The translations under genes and the position numbers were made by a program. 64,000 nucleotides of DNA from Macrostomum lignano (taxonomy: Eukaryota): assembly GCA_002269645.1 (NCBI GenBank), contig NIVC01000730.1, positions 62,001-126,000 of the forward strand, read 5' to 3'. This document shows positions 59,909-64,000 of this stretch, piece after piece. The first letter of the stretch is position 1. Every line of letters begins with the position of its first letter. The notes under the pieces are model-generated. The model saw only the letters and a list, made by a program, of their open reading frames with translations. It was not told the origin of the DNA and made no database searches.

Positions 59909-62900
59909 CTAGCAATCTACGCCCCCCGTTGGGGAGCCAAAGAAATGCAATACACGTTTTTTTAATAAGCTACATGTATCCTTGAAATCTTAAAAAATCT
60001 CCTGTCAAACCTTGTAAGCCTTGACATGTCAGTAATCCCCCCCCCCACAAGCTTTAACATATCAACTCCCCCCTTGACATCTCAGCAATGCAATGGATTC
60101 CCAAATGAATCTCTTAACTTCGACATGAAGCTTCTTTTATTTTTTACATTACGCTTTTTTTATCAGCGATCCCTCCCCTGAGGAGGCATCAAATAATGTA
60201 ATAAAAAGTTTTCAATAAACTACATGTAGCTTCTGACTTTAGCTTTGAAATCTCATTTATACCCCGTGAGCCTTGACATCTCAGCTATCCCCCCCGTAAG
60301 CCTTGACATGTCAGCGATGGCCTCCATAAACCTTGAACTCTGAAAAATCCCCCGTTAACCTTGAAACCCGATAAAATATAACCCTCAACCCACACCTGAC
60401 CTAAACCTAACTTTAACCCAACCTAAAGCCTTGAATCTCAGCAATTCTTCTCCCCTAAGCCTTGACATTTTAGTGATTCCTTCTTTAAGAATCACAGCAC
60501 TATAACGATTCCCTCCAAGCTTTGACATCGTAGCAATTCCCAAATGAATCTTTTAACTTCGACATGACTTTTCTTTTATGTATACATAGTGCTACTTTTA
60601 TTTTTTACATGACTCTTCTTCTATCAGCGCCCCCCCCCCGTGGCGAGCCAACAAAGAATGTAATAAAAAAATTGAGTAAAGTAAATGAACTTTGAAGTAG
60701 CTTCTGACTGTTGCTTTGACATCTCAGAAACGCCCCCATAATCTCAGTTATTCTCTGTGAGCCTTGACGTCTCAGTTTTTCTCCCTAGCACAGCACTATA
60801 GCTTCATTTAATTTTTACATTACACCTTTCATGTCTGATATGACGCTTCTTTTATTCTACCATGATGCTTCTTAATTTTTTAAATGACACTTTCATTAGT
60901 TTTTAAATGAGGCTTCTATGATTTTTATATGACGCTTCTATGATTTTTACATGACGCTTCTATGATTTTTACATGACGCTTCTATGATTTTTACATGACG
61001 CTTCTATGATTGTTTACATGACGCTTCTATGATTGTTTCATGACGCTTCTATGATTGTTTACATGACGCTTCTAGGATTGTTTACATGACGCTTCTATGA
61101 TTTTTACATGACGCTTCTATGATTGTTTCATGACGCTTTTACGATTTTTACATGACGCTTCTATGATTGTTTACATGACGCTTCTATCATTTTTACATGA
61201 CGCTTCTATGATTGTTTACATGACGCTTCTATGATTGTTTACATGACGCTTCTATGATTGTTTACATGACGCTTCTATGATTGTTTACATGACGCTTCTA
61301 TGATTGTTTACATGACGCTTCTATGATTTTTACATGACGCTTCTATGATTGTTTCATGACGCTTCTATGACTGTTTACATGACGCTTCTATGATTTTTAT
61401 ATGACGCTTCTACGATTTTTGCAGGACGATTCTATGATTTTACATGACGCTTCTATGATTTTTACATGACGCTTCTATGATTGTTTCATGACGCTTCTAT
61501 GACTGTTTACATGACGCTTCTATGAATTTTTACATGACGCTTCTATGATTGTTTACATGACGCTTCTATGATTGTTTACATGACGCTTCTATGATTGTTT
61601 ATATGACGCTTCTATGATTTTTACATGACGCTTCTATGATTGTTTCATGACGCTTTTATGACTGTTTACATGACGCTTCTATGATTGTTTATATGACGCT
61701 TTATCATTTTTACATAACGCTTCTATGATTATTACCTGAAGCTTCTACGATTTTTACATGACGCTTCTATGATTTTTTACATGACGCTTTTATGATTTTT
61801 TACATGACGCTTCTACGAGTTTTTGCAGGACGATTCTATGATTTTTACATGACGCTTCTATGATTTTACATGACGCTTCTATGATTTTTACATGACGTTT
61901 CTATGATTTTTTACATGACGCTTCTATGATTGTTTCATGACGCTTCTATGATTGTTTACATGACGCTTCTATGATTGTTTACATGACGCTTCTATGATTG
62001 TTTACATGACGCTTCTATGATTGTTTCATGACGCTTCTATGATTGTTTACATGACGCTTCTATGATTGTTTACATGACGCTTCTATGATTGTTTACATGA
62101 CGCTTCTATGATTGTTTACATGACGCTTCTATGATTTTTTACATGACGCTTCTATGATTGTTTACATGACGCTACTATGATTTTTACATGACGCTTTTAT
62201 GATTTTTTACATGACGCTACTATGATTTTTACATGACGCTACTATGATTTTTACATGACGCTTTTATGATTTTTTACATGACGCTTCTATGATTTTTTAC
62301 ATGACGCTTCTATGATTGTTTACATGACGCTTCTATGATTGTTTACATGACGCTTCTATGATTGTTTATATGACGCTTCTTTGATTTTTACATGACGCTT
62401 CTATGATTGTTTCATGACGCTTCTATGACTGTTTACATGACGCTTCTATGATTGTTTCATGACGCTTCTACGATTTTTACATGACGCTTCTATGATTGTT
62501 TACATGACGCTTCTACGATTTTTGCAGGACGATTCTATGATTTTACATGACGCTTCTATGATTGTTTACATGACGCTTCTATGATTTTTACATGACGCTT
62601 TTATGATTTTTACATGACGCTACTATGATTTTTACATGACGCTTCTATGATTGTTTACATGACGCTTTTAGGATTGTTTACATGACGCTTCTATGATTTT
62701 TACATGACGCTTCTATGATTGTTTACATGACGCTTCTATGATTGTTTACATGACACTTCTATGATTTTTATATGACGCTTCTACGATTGTTTCATGACGC
62801 TTCTATGACTGTTTACATGACGCTTCTATGATTGTTTATATGACGCTTCTATCATTTTTACATAACGCTTCTATGATTATTACCTGAAGCTTCTACGATT

Positions 62901-64000
62901 TTTACATGACGCTTCTATGATTTTTTACATGACGCTTTTATGATTTTTTACATGACGCTTCTACGAGTTTTTGCAGGACGATTCTATGATTTTACATGAC
63001 GCTTCTATGATTTTATATGACGCTTCTATGATTTTTACATGACGTTTCTATGATTTTTTACATGACGCTTCTATGATTGTTTCATAACGCTTCTATGATT
63101 GTTTACATGACGCTTCTATGATTGTTTACATGACGCTTCTATGATTGTTTACATGACGCTTCTATGATTGTTTCATGACGCTTCTATGATTGTTTACATG
63201 ACGCTTCTATGATTGTTTACATGACGCTTCTATGATTGTTTACATGACGCTTCTATGATTGTTTACATGACGCTTCTATGATTGTTTACATGACGCTTCT
63301 ATGATTTTTACATGACGCTACTATGATTTTTACATGAGGCTTTTATGATTTTTTACATGACGCTACTATGATTTTTACATGACGCTACTATGATTTTTAC
63401 ATGACGCTTCTATGATTTTTTACATGACGCTTCTATGATTTTTTACATGACGCTTCTATGATTGTTTACATGACGCTTCTTTGATTGTTTACATGACGCG
63501 TCTAGGATTGTTTACATGACGCTTCTATGATTTTTACATGACGCTTCTATGATTGTTTCATGACGCTTCTATGACTGTTTCATGACGCTTCTATGATTTT
63601 TACATGACGCTTCTATGATTTTTTGCATGACGATTCTATGATTTTTTACATGACGCCTTTAGTCCTTTATTATTTTTTTAATAAAAGCTTTTAATAAAAA
63701 AATTTTCGCTACTAAGATTCGAACCCAGGTCGCTGCATTAGCAGTCCAGTCTGTTCACATCTAGGCTAGATCTTATCGAATTTGTAATTGAAATTGTAGC
63801 ACTCATATAATTCAACACTCACTCACGAAGCAGTTATGACATAATCAATTTCCCAGGCAAGTCAGCATCAGTCTCAAATAAAGTTGAGAATATGGTTACG
63901 CAATCTAAATCAAGTCTGGTGCTACGCTTCCACACTGCATTTTCAATACTGTGACGCAATTCAAGTTGGAGTTACAATTCAGTTATGATGCAATCTATTT
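59909..64000 (-). mobile_element. Non-autonomous Helitron copy C (inverted; 5' end just beyond the window), with the reverse 22-23-bp CATGACGCTTCTATGATTGTTTA array (~60830-63660)
   Basis: Minus-strand 3' end GCTCCCC-AAC-GGGGGGC...TTGCTAG|T at 59909. 60095-60800 is the reverse complement of B 53600-54330, nearly identical over 60095-60560. 63700-64000 matches B 51590-51900. Confidence 0.88.
63712..63768 (-). pseudogene. tRNA-derived segment (Gln-like scaffold, GCT in the anticodon position) in the Helitron 5' region; homologues at 48247-48303 and 51827-51884 (+)
   Basis: TAGCCTAG A-box start; anticodon arm CTGGA-CTGCTAA-TGCAG; T-arm CTGGG-TTCGAAT-CTTAG with a B-box. No acceptor stem can be formed. 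Confidence 0.6.

Noticed and set aside
63712-63768. Functional tRNA-Ser(GCT)
   Set aside because: There is no acceptor stem and no long variable arm, the anticodon stem has a mismatch, and the segment is embedded in a multi-copy Helitron.

Overview
Animal genomic DNA, not prokaryotic: it has spliceosomal introns, GC-rich exons in AT-rich repeat-laden flanks, and TTAGGG repeats. A free-living flatworm such as Macrostomum is my best guess, which is inference only. The left third holds four co-oriented minus-strand lipid/CoA-metabolism genes. In transcription order they are ACBP (9-nt first coding exon), a family-I CoA-transferase (ASCT/4-hydroxybutyrate CoA-transferase type), ADHFE1, and the first exon of an AIG1/ADTRP-like gene. 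Each has a splice-acceptor-like site shortly upstream of its ATG, so the set is a candidate trans-spliced operon. Almost every intron there is filled by its own minisatellite. The middle holds a secreted rapunzel/cephalotoxin-like gene, a PAN + C-type lectin gene whose ATG appears split by an intron, and an intron-poor ABCA gene with three frameshifts and degenerate NBD motifs. The right 25 kb is nested mobile DNA. It includes a CMC-like element carrying a Gypsy remnant, and a hAT-like element carrying a head-to-tail Helitron dimer loaded with satellites, a tRNA-derived segment and telomeric repeats. A third, inverted Helitron copy follows, and a CArG/MEF2/TATA promoter island is stranded between the copies. 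Three intact MITEs with 8-bp TSDs lie around the metabolic cluster. There is no CRISPR array, rRNA or intact tRNA. Exon boundaries were read by hand; family calls come from recalled motifs, not database searches.
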